A stretch of DNA of 32,000 bases from Longivirga aurantiaca (GCF_042660085.1 NZ_JBHSTI010000002.1:30001-62000), one strand, 5' to 3'; shown: positions 8,999 to 19,143, counted from the stretch's first letter. A program made the numbers and translations. The notes: generated from the sequence alone by a model not told the origin.

Positions 8999-10285
8999 AT
9001 GCCGGCGATCGTCCTGGTCGGAGCCCAATGGGGCGACGAGGGCAAGGGCAAGGCCACCGACCTTCTCGGTAGCCGGGTCGACTACGTCGTGAAGTTCAAC
9101 GGCGGCAACAACGCGGGCCACACGGTCGTGATCGGCCAGGAGAAGTACGCCCTCCACCTGCTGCCGTCCGGCATCCTCACCGATGGCGTGGTCCCCGTGA
9201 TCGGCAATGGCGTCGTGATCGACCTCGGGGTGCTGTTCCACGAGATCGACGGGCTCGAGGCGCGCGGCGTCGACACGAGCCGCCTCGTCGTGAGCGCCAA
9301 CGCGCACATCATCCCGTCGTACAACCGCACCCTCGACAAGGTCACCGAGCGCTTCCTCGGCAGCCGCAAGATCGGCACGACCGGTCGCGGCATCGGCCCG
9401 ACGTACGCCGACAAGATGAGCCGCGTCGGCATCCGCGTGCAGGACCTGTTCGACGAGAAGATCCTGCGGCAGAAGGTGGAAGGCGCCCTCGCGCAGAAGA
9501 ACCACCTGCTCGTGAAGGTCTACAACCGGCGCGCGATCACGGTCGACGAGGTCGTGGAGGAGCTGCTCGGGCACACCGAGCGCCTGCGCCCGTACGTCAC
9601 CGACACCACGCTGCTGCTGGGCGAGGCGCTGCAGCGCGACGAGGTCGTGCTGCTCGAGGGCGGCCAGGCCACGCTGCTCGACGTCGACCACGGCACCTAC
9701 CCGTTCGTGACGTCGTCCAACGCGACCGCCGGCGGTGCGTGCACCGGTGCGGGCATCGCGCCGACGCAGGTGACGCGTGTGATCGCGATCGCCAAGGCGT
9801 ACATCACGCGCGTGGGCGAGGGCCCGTTCCCGACCGAGCTGTTCGACGAGGACGGCGAGCGTCTGCGCAGCATCGGGCACGAGTACGGCACCACCACCGG
9901 GCGCCCGCGCCGCTGCGGCTGGTTCGACATCCCGATCGCGCGCTACGCCTCGCGCATCAACGGCGTCACCGACCTCGTCATCACCAAGCTCGACGTCCTC
10001 ACCGGCTGGGAGCAGATCCCGGTGTGCGTGGCGTACGACGTCGATGGCGAGCGCCTCGAGGACCTGCCGATGACGCAGACCGGCTTCCACCACGCCAAGC
10101 CGGTGTACGAGTACCTCCCCGGCTGGAGCGAGGACATCTCGGGCGCGCGCGAGATCGGCGACCTGCCGGCCAACGCACGTGCCTACATCCAGTACCTCGA
10201 GGACCGGTCGAACGCGCGCATCAGCGCGATCGGCGTCGGCCCCGAGCGCGACCAGACCGTCGTCCTCCACGACCTCCTCGACTGA
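8999..10285 (+). CDS. purA: Adenylosuccinate synthase
   Basis: 428 aa; [20 protein letters not shown]...[11 protein letters not shown]...[17 protein letters not shown]...EGAQ-like [23 protein letters not shown]. Confidence 0.97.
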   Translation: MPAIVLVGAQWGDEGKGKATDLLGSRVDYVVKFNGGNNAGHTVVIGQEKYALHLLPSGILTDGVVPVIGNGVVIDLGVLFHEIDGLEARGVDTSRLVVSANAHIIPSYNRTLDKVTERFLGSRKIGTTGRGIGPTYADKMSRVGIRVQDLFDEKILRQKVEGALAQKNHLLVKVYNRRAITVDEVVEELLGHTERLRPYVTDTTLLLGEALQRDEVVLLEGGQATLLDVDHGTYPFVTSSNATAGGACTGAGIAPTQVTRVIAIAKAYITRVGEGPFPTELFDEDGERLRSIGHEYGTTTGRPRRCGWFDIPIARYASRINGVTDLVITKLDVLTGWEQIPVCVAYDVDGERLEDLPMTQTGFHHAKPVYEYLPGWSEDISGAREIGDLPANARAYIQYLEDRSNARISAIGVGPERDQTVVLHDLLD

Positions 10286-10424
10286 CCCGTCCCGCCCGAT
10301 CGTTTGCGATGAAGTCCCCTACTGGCCTCGTCGGCAGGGCCTCCTCGCCCAGCGGGGGCCCAAGGCGCATCCAATAGAGCCGTACTCAGGAGCCCTTCAT
10401 CTCGGGCTCTGGCACCCTGACGCC

Positions 10425-10886
10425 ATGATGACGCTGCGTACGGCGGCCCCTCCGGACCACGCGCGGATCCTCGACGTCATGCCGGCGTGGTGGGGCGGGC
10501 GCGACCTCCGCGCCCTCGTGCCGTCGCTCTTCCTCGAGCACTTCGCCGGCACGTCCCTCGTGGCCGAGGCCGACGGCGAGCTCGCCGGCTTCCTCATCGG
10601 CTTCGTGAGCCAGGACCGCCCGGACGAGGCGTACGTCCACATGATCGGCGTCGATCCCGCTCGCCGTGGCGACGGTCTCGGACGGCGGCTGCACGACGAG
10701 TTCGCCGACCTCGTGCGCGAGCGCGGCGTACGACGGATCCGCTGCGTGACCTCGACCGTCAACACCGCTTCGGTCGCGTTCCACACCTCGATCGGCTTCG
10801 TCGTCACGGGCACCGGCGTGCCTGTCGAGGCGCGCGGCCTCGAGGCGGACGCCGACGGACACGTGCTCATGTGCCGCGAGATCTGA
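10425..10886 (+). CDS. GNAT family N-acetyltransferase
   Basis: MMTLRTAAPPDHARILDVMPAWWGG...VHMIGVDPARRGDGLGRRLHDEF. ATG 10425 is inside the longer track ORF. Confidence 0.82.
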   Translation: MMTLRTAAPPDHARILDVMPAWWGGRDLRALVPSLFLEHFAGTSLVAEADGELAGFLIGFVSQDRPDEAYVHMIGVDPARRGDGLGRRLHDEFADLVRERGVRRIRCVTSTVNTASVAFHTSIGFVVTGTGVPVEARGLEADADGHVLMCREI

Positions 10887-10977
10887 CCGACGCCGGTGCT
10901 GCGGGTGTGAGCGGGGAGACGCACACCCGGGCGGCTCGGGCCTGCCACGCACCGCGCGGCGCGACTAGCGTGGAGCC

Positions 10978-11658
10978 ATGATCGAGGAGCGGTTCACGCC
11001 GCGCGAGGACCCCAGGCCGGACGACGTCCACTGGCCCGTCGCGCAGTGGCCGCCGCCGCCCGGCATCCACCTGCGCGGCACCTGGGTCGAGCTCACGCCC
11101 GCGACCACGCAGGACGCGCACGGACTGCGGATGGCCCTCGACCACGACCACGTCTGGCAGCACCTCATGGGCGGCCCGCTCCCCGACGACAGCACTGCGC
11201 GGCACTGGGTCACCAACGTGCTGGACCGCGGCTGGTTCCCGTGGACCGTCCGCCTGCGCCGCGACGTCGGCGGCCGGCACGCCGGCACGATCGTCGGCTG
11301 GTCGTCGTTCCTCGAGATCGCGCCGAACGACGCGCGCCTCGAGATCGGCAACACCGCCTACGACCCCGCCGTGTGGGGCTCGGTCGTGAACCCCGAGTGC
11401 AAGCTGCTGCTGCTCAGCTACGCGTTCGAGGAGCTGCACATGGGACGGGTGCAGCTCAAGACCGACATCCGCAACCACCGGTCGCAGGCGGCCATCGCCC
11501 GTCTCGGCGCCGCGTACGAGGGCGTCCTGCGCCGCTACCAGCGCCGCGCGGACGGCACCGTGCGCGACACCGTCATGTTCAGCATCACGGCCGAGGACTG
11601 GCCCGACGTACGCCGATCGCTCGGCGACCGCGTCGACGCGTACGACGCCCTCGCCTGA
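10978..11658 (+). CDS. GNAT family N-acetyltransferase
   Basis: 226 aa; LRGTWVELTPATTQDAHGLRMAL...GWSSFLEIAPNDARLEIGNTAYDPAVWGS...KTDIRNHRSQAAIARLGAAYEGVLRRYQRRADGTVRDTVMFSI. Confidence 0.88.
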   Translation: MIEERFTPREDPRPDDVHWPVAQWPPPPGIHLRGTWVELTPATTQDAHGLRMALDHDHVWQHLMGGPLPDDSTARHWVTNVLDRGWFPWTVRLRRDVGGRHAGTIVGWSSFLEIAPNDARLEIGNTAYDPAVWGSVVNPECKLLLLSYAFEELHMGRVQLKTDIRNHRSQAAIARLGAAYEGVLRRYQRRADGTVRDTVMFSITAEDWPDVRRSLGDRVDAYDALA

Positions 11659-11791
11659 CCTGCGCTACAACCTGACGGCGCACGACGCTCCACCCTGACA
11701 CCCTGCACGTGACGCTGCTGCGCGCGGCGGCCTACCCTGAGCGGCAGACGCGCGGCCCGACCGCGCCGTACGCGAGCGACCAGGAGATCCC

Positions 11792-13141
11792 ATGTCCTTC
11801 ACGCCCGACCCCGCCGAGGGCCAGCGCGTCCTCGGGCTCGACCGCGCCCACGTCTTCCACTCGTGGTCGGCGCAGGCCGCGCTCAACCCGATGCTCATCG
11901 CCGGCGGCGAGGGCTCGTACGTCTGGGACTACGACGGCAACCGCTTCCTGGACTTCTCCAGCCAGCTCGTCAACACCAACATCGGGCACCAGCACCCGAA
12001 GGTGATCGCGGCGATCCAGGAGCAGGCCGCGCTGCTCACCACCGTCGCACCGCAGCACGCGAACGCCGCCCGCGGCGACGCCGCGAAGCGCATCGTCGAG
12101 CTGGCCCCCGACGGCTTCAACAAGGTCTTCTTCACCAACGGCGGCGCCGACGCGATCGAGAACGCCATCCGCATGGCGCGCCTGCACACCGGCCGCCGCA
12201 AGGTGCTGTCGTTCTACCGCTCGTACCACGGCAACACCGGCGCAGCCATCGCCGCCACCGGCGACCCGCGCCGCTGGCCGAACGAGTTCGCCGACGACCA
12301 CGTGCACTTCTTCGGCCCCTACCTCTACCGCTCGTCGTTCTGGGCGACCACCGAGGCCGAGGAGGCCGAGCGCGCCCTGCAGCACCTCGAGCAGGTCATC
12401 ACGTTCGAGGGCCCGGCCACGATCGCGTCGATCCTCTTGGAGTCGGTCGTCGGTACCGCCGGCGTGCTCATCCCGCCGCCCGGCTACCTCGAGGGCGTCC
12501 GTGCCCTGTGCGACAAGCACGGGATCATGCTCATCCTCGACGAGGTCATGGCCGGCTTCGGCCGCACCGGCGAGTGGTTCGCGTTCGAGAACTTCGACGT
12601 CGTGCCCGACCTCATCACCTTCGCCAAGGGCTCCAACTCGGGCTACGTGCCGGTGGGCGGCGTCATCATCAGCGACCCGATCGCGGCGACCTTCGACGAG
12701 CGCGTCTTCCCCGGAGGCCTCACCTACTCCGGCCACCCGCTGGCCTGCGCCTCGATCGTCGCCTCGATCGACGCGATGAAGGAGGAGGGGATCGTCGAGA
12801 ACGCCAAGCGCATCGGCGCCGACGTGCTCGGGCCCGGCCTGCGCGAGCTCGCCGAGCGCCACCCCGTGATCGGCGAGGTCCGTGGCCTCGGCGTCTTCTG
12901 GGCGCTCGACCTCGTGACCGACCGCGCCACCCGCGAGCCGCTCGCGCCGTACGGCGGATCCTCGCCGGCGATGGTCGAGCTGCTCGGCGAGATCAAGAAG
13001 CGCGGCGTGCTCCCCTTCGCCAACTTCAACCGCCTGCACGTCGTGCCGCCGTGCAACGTCTCGGACACCGAGGTCAAGGACGGCCTCGCCGTGCTCGACG
13101 AGGCGTTCGGCGTGATCGACAAGCACTACACCGGCGCCTGA
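11792..13141 (+). CDS. Class III PLP-dependent aminotransferase (aspartate/omega-aminotransferase family)
   Basis: 449 aa; GSYVWDYDGNRFLDFSSQLVNTNIGHQHPKV...FFTNGGADAIENAIRMAR...LILDEVMAGFGRTGEWF...ITFAKGSNSGYVPVGGV. Confidence 0.93.
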   Translation: MSFTPDPAEGQRVLGLDRAHVFHSWSAQAALNPMLIAGGEGSYVWDYDGNRFLDFSSQLVNTNIGHQHPKVIAAIQEQAALLTTVAPQHANAARGDAAKRIVELAPDGFNKVFFTNGGADAIENAIRMARLHTGRRKVLSFYRSYHGNTGAAIAATGDPRRWPNEFADDHVHFFGPYLYRSSFWATTEAEEAERALQHLEQVITFEGPATIASILLESVVGTAGVLIPPPGYLEGVRALCDKHGIMLILDEVMAGFGRTGEWFAFENFDVVPDLITFAKGSNSGYVPVGGVIISDPIAATFDERVFPGGLTYSGHPLACASIVASIDAMKEEGIVENAKRIGADVLGPGLRELAERHPVIGEVRGLGVFWALDLVTDRATREPLAPYGGSSPAMVELLGEIKKRGVLPFANFNRLHVVPPCNVSDTEVKDGLAVLDEAFGVIDKHYTGA

Positions 13142-13154
13142 CACCGACGTACAC

Positions 13155-13190
13155 GCAGAGCGGCGGCTCCCTACGGGGTCGCCGCTCTGC
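13155..13190. terminator. Probable terminator hairpin after the aminotransferase gene
   Basis: GCAGAGCGGCGGCTCC-ctac-GGGGTCGCCGCTCTGC, 16 pairs including two G-T. Confidence 0.65.
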
Positions 13191-13230
13191 CTGTCGGAGG
13201 GGATGGTCGCCGTCGTCCGAGGCCCAGGGC

Positions 13231-13434
13231 TCAGGGGCCGCGCTCGCGGTGCCACGGGTGGCCCCAGACGAACCAGGCGAGGGCGCCGAGCACCCAGAAG
13301 AACAGGAACGTCAGGACCCAGGCCGGCTTGGCCAGCGTGCGGACGTCGACGGGGTCGGTCATCCACCAGTCGACGATGGCAGCGAGGTAGACCACCCAGG
13401 TGGCGCCCAGGACGATGGGCATCAGCCACTGCAT
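13231..13434 (-). CDS. Small membrane protein (about 67 aa)
   Basis: MQWLMPIVLGATWVVYLAAIVDWWMTDPVDVRTLAKPAWVLTFLFFWVLGALAWFVWGHPWHRERGP: two membrane segments. Confidence 0.65.
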   Translation of the reverse strand: MQWLMPIVLGATWVVYLAAIVDWWMTDPVDVRTLAKPAWVLTFLFFWVLGALAWFVWGHPWHRERGP

Positions 13435-13510
13435 GTCCACGGCTCCAGGATGCTCCGTCCGGCAACCGCAGTCCTGTCCGCCGATGTGCTGCGCGCGCAG
13501 GACCGCGTCC

Positions 13511-14008
13511 ATGACGATGGTGCGCATGACCCTCGACGACGACGTGCTCGACGCCGCCACGCAGCGCAAGGTCGCGGTCGCGCTCTTCAACCGCGTGTGG
13601 GACCTCCTCGACTCCGGCGACGGGCGATCGGCGGAGGAGACCGCGGAGATGCTCGACGCCGCCCACGCGAGCCGCTACCTCTGGCGCCGGATGGGCGGCG
13701 AGGAGCAGGCCATCGTCGGCGAGTGGCAGATCAGCCGGGCGTACGCCGCGGCGGGGCTCGGGCTCGAGGCCGTGCGGCACGCCAACGTCTCGCTCGCGCT
13801 GCTCGTCGCGGCCGAGGGCGAGCTGCCCGACTGGCTGACGGCATCGGTGCACGAGGGGCTCGCCCGCGCCCTGCTCGCGAACGGCGACGGCGCAGGTGCG
13901 TCGGCCGCCATCCGCGAGGCCGCGGCCCTGGCAGCCCGGATCACCGACGCCGAGGACCGCGACCTCGTCGAGGCGCAGATCGCCGAGCTCATCTCCGACG
14001 ACGCCTGA
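13511..14008 (+). CDS. Conserved hypothetical protein, helical/TPR-like
   Basis: MTMVRMTLDDDVLDAATQRKVAVALFNRVWDLLDSGDGRSAEETAEMLDAAHASRYLWRRMGGEEQAIVGEWQISRAYAAAGLGLEAVRHA... Confidence 0.75.
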   Translation: MTMVRMTLDDDVLDAATQRKVAVALFNRVWDLLDSGDGRSAEETAEMLDAAHASRYLWRRMGGEEQAIVGEWQISRAYAAAGLGLEAVRHANVSLALLVAAEGELPDWLTASVHEGLARALLANGDGAGASAAIREAAALAARITDAEDRDLVEAQIAELISDDA

Positions 14009-14019
14009 GGCGGCGCCCT

Positions 14020-14047
14020 CCCTCAGGCCGCGCAACCGGCCTGAGGG
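14020..14047. terminator. Inverted repeat between the hypothetical gene and purD
   Basis: CCCTCAGGCC-gcgcaacc-GGCCTGAGGG, perfect 10-bp stem. Confidence 0.55.
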
Positions 14048-14077
14048 CCGCGGCCCCTGTCGCCTAGGGTGAGACGC

Positions 14078-15355
14078 GTGAAGGTGCTCGTACTCGGATC
14101 CGGTGCTCGTGAGCACGCCCTCGTCCGCGCGCTCGCCGCGGACGCGACCGTGGAGGAGCTGCACGCGGCGCCCGGCAACGCAGGCATCGCGGCTGACTCC
14201 TCGGTGCACCCCCTCGACCTCGCCCACCCGGCAGCGGCCGTGGCGCTGGCGCAGGCCCTGGGCGTCGACCTGGTCGTCGTCGGGCCCGAGGGCCCGCTCG
14301 TGATCGGTGTGGCCGATGCGCTGCGCGCCGCCGGCATCGCGACCTTCGGCCCCGGCGCCGAGGCAGCCCGCCTCGAAGGCAGCAAGGCCTTCGCCAAGGA
14401 GGTCATGGCCGCCGCGAGCGTGCCCACCGCCATGGCGCACGTGTGCGAGACGAGCGACGAGGTCGAGGCGGCCTTCGACGCGTTCGGTGCGCCGTACGTC
14501 GTGAAGGACGACGGCCTTGCCGCGGGCAAGGGAGTGGTCGTCACCGACGACCGCGTGGCAGCGCTCGAGCACGCGCTCGCGTGCCTCGCCAAGGGCGACG
14601 GCCGCGTGGTGGTCGAGGAGTTCCTCGACGGCCCCGAGGTGTCGCTCTTCTGCCTGTCGGACGGCGAGCACGTGGTGCCGCTGCAGCCGGCCCAGGACTT
14701 CAAGCGCGTGGCCGACGGCGACCTCGGCCCCAACACCGGCGGCATGGGCGCCTACTCGCCGCTGCCCTGGGCGCCGGACGGGCTCGTCGAGGACGTCGTG
14801 GCCCGCGTGGTGCAGCCGACCGTCGACGAGCTGCGACGCCGCGGCACGCCGTTCATCGGCGTGGTCTACGCCGGCCTCGCGCTCACCTCGCGCGGTCTGC
14901 GCGTCATCGAGTTCAACGCCCGCTTCGGCGACCCGGAGACCCAGGTCGTGCTCGCACGGCTGAGGACTCCGCTCGCGCACGTGCTGCAGGCCGCCGCCAC
15001 CGGCGCCCTGCACGACCTCGAGGACCTGCGCTGGCGCGACGGCGCCGCGGTCACCGTGGTCGTCGCGGCCGAGAACTACCCCGGCACGCCGGTCAGCGGT
15101 GTGGCGATCCGCGGTCTCGACGAGGCGAACGCGGTCGACAACGCGTACGTGCTGCACGCCGGCACCGCGCACGACGCCGTCGGCGACGTCGTCTCCGCGG
15201 GCGGTCGCGTGCTCTCGGTCGTCGGCGTCGGCGCCGACCTCGCCGAGGCCCGTGAGCGCGCGTACGCCGCCGTCGACCTCATCGACCTCCCGGGCTCGCA
15301 CCACCGCAGCGACATCGCGCTCGCCGCCGAGCTCGGCGAGATCCACCTGCCCTGA
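14078..15355 (+). CDS. purD: Phosphoribosylamine-glycine ligase
   Basis: VKVLVLGSGAREHALVRALAAD...FGPGAEAARLEGSKAFAKEVM...VVKDDGLAAGKGVVV...GDPETQVVLARLRTPLAH. The GTG at 14069 is an alternative start; 14078 is favoured by TAGGGT-N7 spacing. Confidence 0.96.
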   Translation: MKVLVLGSGAREHALVRALAADATVEELHAAPGNAGIAADSSVHPLDLAHPAAAVALAQALGVDLVVVGPEGPLVIGVADALRAAGIATFGPGAEAARLEGSKAFAKEVMAAASVPTAMAHVCETSDEVEAAFDAFGAPYVVKDDGLAAGKGVVVTDDRVAALEHALACLAKGDGRVVVEEFLDGPEVSLFCLSDGEHVVPLQPAQDFKRVADGDLGPNTGGMGAYSPLPWAPDGLVEDVVARVVQPTVDELRRRGTPFIGVVYAGLALTSRGLRVIEFNARFGDPETQVVLARLRTPLAHVLQAAATGALHDLEDLRWRDGAAVTVVVAAENYPGTPVSGVAIRGLDEANAVDNAYVLHAGTAHDAVGDVVSAGGRVLSVVGVGADLAEARERAYAAVDLIDLPGSHHRSDIALAAELGEIHLP

Positions 15356-15509
15356 GCGGCCGCCGCACCGGCTGACGTCCACGAGATCGACAGGTGGCCG
15401 CCCGCGAACGGTCGATCCCGTGGGCCTCACCCACGATGGCCGATTCCGGCGTACGCCCGCGACCTGAGAGGATGAGGCGTACCGCCCGCCTCGACCTGAA
15501 GGCCGCCGC

Positions 15510-16943
15510 ATGCCCAGCACGCCCGCGATCCCGAACGTCCTCGCCTCCCGCTACGCCTCGACGCCCATGGCGACGGTGTGGTCTCCCGAGCACAAGATCG
15601 TGCTCGAGCGCCAGCTCTGGATCGCGGTGCTCAAGGCGCAGCGCGACCTCGGCATCGAGGTGCCGGACGGCGTCGTCGAGGCGTACGAGGCGGTCGTCGA
15701 CCAGGTCGACCTCGACCGCATCCGCGATCGCGAGCGGATCACGCGGCACGACGTCAAGGCGCGGATCGAGGAGTTCTCCGACCTCGCCGGCTTCGAGCAC
15801 GTGCACAAGGGCATGACCTCGCGCGACCTCACCGAGAACGTCGAGCAGCTGCAGATCCTTCGGTCGCTCGAGATCGTGCGCGACAAGACGGTGGCCGTGC
15901 TGGCCCGCCTCGCCAACCACGCCATCGCGTACGAGGACCTCGCGATCGCCGGCCGCTCGCACAACGTGGCCGCGCAGATGACCACGCTCGGCAAGCGCTT
16001 CGCCTCCGCTGCCGACGAGATGCTCGTCGCGCACCGCCGCGTCGAGGAGCTCATCGGGCGCTATCCGCTGCGCGGCATCAAGGGCCCGGTCGGCACCGCG
16101 CAGGACATGCTCGACCTCCTCGACGGCGACACCGGCAAGCTCGACGAGCTCGAGGACCGCGTCGCTGCGCACCTCGGCTTCAACCACGTGTTCACCAGCG
16201 TCGGCCAGGTCTACCCGCGCTCGCTCGACTGGGACGTCGTCACGGCGCTCGTCCAGCTGGCGTCGGGCCCGTCGTCGTTCGCGACCACCGTGCGCCTCAT
16301 GGCCGGCAACGAGCTCGTCACCGAGGGCTTCAAGCCGGGCCAGGTCGGCTCGTCGGCCATGCCGCACAAGATGAACTCGCGCTCGTGCGAGCGCATCAAC
16401 GGCTTCGCGGTGATCCTGCGGGGCTACGCCTCGATGGTCGGCGAGCTCTCCGGCGCGCAGTGGAACGAGGGTGACGTCTTCTGCTCCGTCGTACGCCGCG
16501 TGGCGCTGCCGGATGCGTTCTTCGCCATCGACGGCCTGCTCGAGACGTTCCTGACCGTGCTCGACGAGTTCGGCGCGTTCCCCGCCGTCGCGGAGCGAGA
16601 GCTGCGCCGCTACCTGCCGTTCCTCGCCACGACCAAGGTGCTGATCGCCGCGGTCAAGAACGGCGTGGGCCGCGAGGTGGCGCACGAGGCGATCAAGGAG
16701 CACGCCGTCGCCGTCGCGCTGCAGATGCGCGAGAAGGGCACCGAGGGCAACGACCTGTTCGACCGCCTCGCCGCCGACCCGCGCCTCGGCCTCTCGCGCG
16801 AGGACCTCGAGGCGCTCGTGGCCGAGCCGATCGAGTTCACCGGCGCCGCCCGCACCCAGGTGTCCGCCGTCGCCGACGAGATCGAGCACCTCATGGCCGA
16901 GCGCCCCGACGCCGCCGTCTACGCCCCCGAGCCCATCCTCTAG
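15510..16943 (+). CDS. purB: Adenylosuccinate lyase
   Basis: 477 aa; NVLASRYASTPMATVWSPEHKIVLERQLWIAVLKAQ...GMTSRDLTENVEQLQ...KRFASAADEML...GSSAMPHKMNSRSCERI signature. Confidence 0.95.
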   Translation: MPSTPAIPNVLASRYASTPMATVWSPEHKIVLERQLWIAVLKAQRDLGIEVPDGVVEAYEAVVDQVDLDRIRDRERITRHDVKARIEEFSDLAGFEHVHKGMTSRDLTENVEQLQILRSLEIVRDKTVAVLARLANHAIAYEDLAIAGRSHNVAAQMTTLGKRFASAADEMLVAHRRVEELIGRYPLRGIKGPVGTAQDMLDLLDGDTGKLDELEDRVAAHLGFNHVFTSVGQVYPRSLDWDVVTALVQLASGPSSFATTVRLMAGNELVTEGFKPGQVGSSAMPHKMNSRSCERINGFAVILRGYASMVGELSGAQWNEGDVFCSVVRRVALPDAFFAIDGLLETFLTVLDEFGAFPAVAERELRRYLPFLATTKVLIAAVKNGVGREVAHEAIKEHAVAVALQMREKGTEGNDLFDRLAADPRLGLSREDLEALVAEPIEFTGAARTQVSAVADEIEHLMAERPDAAVYAPEPIL

Positions 16944-16967
16944 CCCGACGAGACCGACCAGACAGCG

Positions 16968-16986
16968 CGGCCTCGGTCAGAGGCCG
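16968..16986. terminator. Short hairpin in the convergent purB / acyl-CoA dehydrogenase junction
   Basis: CGGCCTC-ggtca-GAGGCCG; the minus-strand stop codon lies in the loop. Confidence 0.35.
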
Positions 16987-18128
16987 AGCTCGCGGGCGAT
17001 GAGCATGCGCTGCACCTCGCTCGTGCCCTCGCCGATCTCGAGGATCTTCGAGTCGCGCCACATGCGGGCCACGGGGTACTCGTTCATGAATCCGTAGCCG
17101 CCGTGGATCTGGGTGGCCTCGCGGGCGTTGGTCACCGCGCTCTCGGACGAGTGCAGCTTCGCGATCGCCGCCTGCTTCTTGTACGGCGCACCCGCGCGCA
17201 TGCGCGCCGCGGCGTCGTACCAGGCGAGGCGCGAGGTGTGCGCGCGCATCTCCATGTCGGCGAGCTTGAAGGCGATGGCCTGGTTGGTGCCGATCGGGCG
17301 GCCGAAGGCCTCGCGGGTCTGCGCGTACGTCACCGACTCGTCGACGCAGCCCTGGGCGAGGCCGGTGGCCAGCGCGGCGATCGCGATGCGGCCCTCGTCG
17401 AGGATCGAGAGGAACTGGGCGTAGCCGCGACCGCGCTCGCCGAGCAGGTTGGCCGCCGGCACGCGGCACTCGGCGAACGAGAGCTCGTGGGTGTCGGAGC
17501 ACTGCCAGCCGACCTTGGAGTACTTCGGCGCGACGGTGAATCCAGGCGTGCCGCTCGGCACGATGATCGCCGAGATCTCCTTGCGGCCGTCGGCCTTCTC
17601 CCCGGTGACGGCCGTGACGGTGACGAAGCCGGTGATGTCGGTGCCCGAGTTGGTGATGAAAGCCTTGGTGCCGTTGATGACCCACTCATCGCCCTCGAGC
17701 CGCGCGGTGGTGCGCGTGCCGCCGGCGTCCGACCCGGCGCCCGGCTCGGTGAGCCCGAAGCCGCCGAGCATCTGACCGGTGACGAGCTGCGGCAGCCACT
17801 GCGCCTTCTGCTCGTCGGTGCCGAATCGGTGGATCGGCATCGCGCCGAGCGACACCGCGGCCTCGAGGGTGATCGCCACCGACGAGTCGACGCGCGCGAG
17901 CTCCTCGAGCGCGACGCACAGGGCGAGGTAGTCGCCGCCCATGCCGCCGACCTCCTCGGGGAACGGCAGGCCGAACAGCCCCATCTCGCCCATCTGCTTC
18001 ACGATCGCGTAGGGGAACTCGCCGCGTTCGTAGAGGTCGCCGATGATCGGCGCGATGACGTCGTGCGCGAACTCCTCGACCGTCGCGCGCAGCGCCTCGA
18101 GCTCGTCGTCGAGCCGGGTGTCGACCAT
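16977..18128 (-). CDS. Acyl-CoA dehydrogenase
   Basis: 383 aa; GFGLTEPGAGSDAGGTRTTARLEGDEWVINGTKAFITNSG...YTQTREAFGRPIGTNQAIAFKLADM...QIHGGYGFMNEYPVARMWRDSKILEIGEGTSEVQRMLIAREL. Confidence 0.95.
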   Translation of the reverse strand: MVDTRLDDELEALRATVEEFAHDVIAPIIGDLYERGEFPYAIVKQMGEMGLFGLPFPEEVGGMGGDYLALCVALEELARVDSSVAITLEAAVSLGAMPIHRFGTDEQKAQWLPQLVTGQMLGGFGLTEPGAGSDAGGTRTTARLEGDEWVINGTKAFITNSGTDITGFVTVTAVTGEKADGRKEISAIIVPSGTPGFTVAPKYSKVGWQCSDTHELSFAECRVPAANLLGERGRGYAQFLSILDEGRIAIAALATGLAQGCVDESVTYAQTREAFGRPIGTNQAIAFKLADMEMRAHTSRLAWYDAAARMRAGAPYKKQAAIAKLHSSESAVTNAREATQIHGGYGFMNEYPVARMWRDSKILEIGEGTSEVQRMLIARELGL

Positions 18129-18155
18129 GGGTTCCTCCGTCGGGGTCCGCCTGAT

Positions 18156-18171
18156 GTTAGTGAACGCTAAC
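18156..18171. promoter_or_regulatory. Candidate TetR-type operator upstream of the acyl-CoA dehydrogenase gene
   Basis: GTTAG-tgaacg-CTAAC inverted repeat, 28 bp upstream of the start codon at 18128. Confidence 0.5.
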
Positions 18172-18291
18172 TGACGGCCTGGCGCAAGGGAAGGTGCGCG
18201 GGGGAGCGCACTGGGACGCCGCCGTACCCGCGGGTGCCTCGACGCCGCATGGCCACGCCTACCGGACTACCGTGAAACGAGGAGGCCGATC

Positions 18292-18792
18292 ATGAGCGTT
18301 CCGAGCACCTACACCTCCGTGAACGACACCGGCTGCTGCGCCGTGCCCAACGTGGACGACTGGGACGGTCGCACGATCGACCTGCACCAGCAGTTCATCC
18401 GGATGCACACGCGGAGCCTGTTCCACATCCCGCTCACCATGGGCCGCGTCATGAAGGCGCTGGATGAGGCGGCGACCCGGGCGGGGGCCCAGATGCCGGG
18501 CGAGCATGCGATGGTGCTGAGCCGCGACCTCTCGCCGTGGCGGGCCGAGCAGCTGTTCGCGGTGTCGGCACCGGTCGAGGGTGCCGACAACGTCGTCCTC
18601 GACGGCACCTTTGCATCGCGCGCGTTCGAAGGGCCGTACAGCCAGGCCCCGACCTGGCGCGACGGCCTCGTGCAGTACGCGGCGTCGCTGGGGCGGGACG
18701 TGGCGGAGGTCTACTTCTTCTACACGACCTGCCCGAAGTGCGCCCGCCACTACGGAAGCAACTTCGTGATCGTGCTGGGACGGCTCGTCTGA
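18292..18792 (+). CDS. Conserved protein of unknown function (166 aa)
   Basis: MSVPSTYTSVNDTGCCAVPNVDDWDGRTIDLHQQFIRMHTRSLFHIPLTMG...YFFYTTCPKCARHYGSNFVIVLGRLV; strong RBS GAGGAGG upstream of the ATG. Confidence 0.8.
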   Translation: MSVPSTYTSVNDTGCCAVPNVDDWDGRTIDLHQQFIRMHTRSLFHIPLTMGRVMKALDEAATRAGAQMPGEHAMVLSRDLSPWRAEQLFAVSAPVEGADNVVLDGTFASRAFEGPYSQAPTWRDGLVQYAASLGRDVAEVYFFYTTCPKCARHYGSNFVIVLGRLV

Positions 18793-18834
18793 ACTGCGCC
18801 GCGCCGCGACTGACCTCGTACGGCGTGCCGCTCG

Positions 18835-19143
18835 TCAGTCGGTGGCGGTGCTGCGCGGGGCTCCGTACACGAGGGACTGGTAGTCGGGGTGCTTGCCGAT
18901 CCAGCCGGAGATGAACGGGCAGAGCGGCAGCACCTGGCGCTCGCCGGCGTCGCGGACGTCGTCGAGCGCGGCGCGCGCGAGGGCTGAGCCGATGCCCTGG
19001 CCCTCGAACGCCGGCAGCACCTCGGTGTGGGTGAAGACCACGAGGGCGTCGGTGAGCTGGTACTCCGCGAAGCCCGCGAGCACGCCGTCGACGCGCGCCT
19101 CGTAGCGCGCGGATCCGTCGTTGCGCGTGACCTCGACCGTCAT
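18835..19143 (-). CDS. Small GNAT-like N-acetyltransferase (YjdJ type)
   Basis: 102 aa; GVLAGFAEYQLTDALVVFTHTEVLPAFEGQGIGSALARAALDDVRDAG...LCPFISGWIGKHPDYQSLV. Confidence 0.85.
   Translation of the reverse strand: MTVEVTRNDGSARYEARVDGVLAGFAEYQLTDALVVFTHTEVLPAFEGQGIGSALARAALDDVRDAGERQVLPLCPFISGWIGKHPDYQSLVYGAPRSTATD

Noticed and set aside
7232-10270. 1012-aa minus-strand ORF
   Set aside because: Antisense shadow of DUF3151, the oxidoreductase and purA; composition is typical of GC-rich antisense frames, with no domain signature.
10390-10409. GAGCCC-N8-GGGCTC hairpin between purA and GNAT
   Set aside because: 6-bp stem; weak terminator candidate only.
11732-15520. 1262-aa minus-strand ORF
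   Set aside because: Antisense of the aminotransferase and purD; R/H/V/G-rich shadow sequence, not a giant protein.
15279-16889. 536-aa minus-strand ORF
   Set aside because: Exact antisense shadow of purB.
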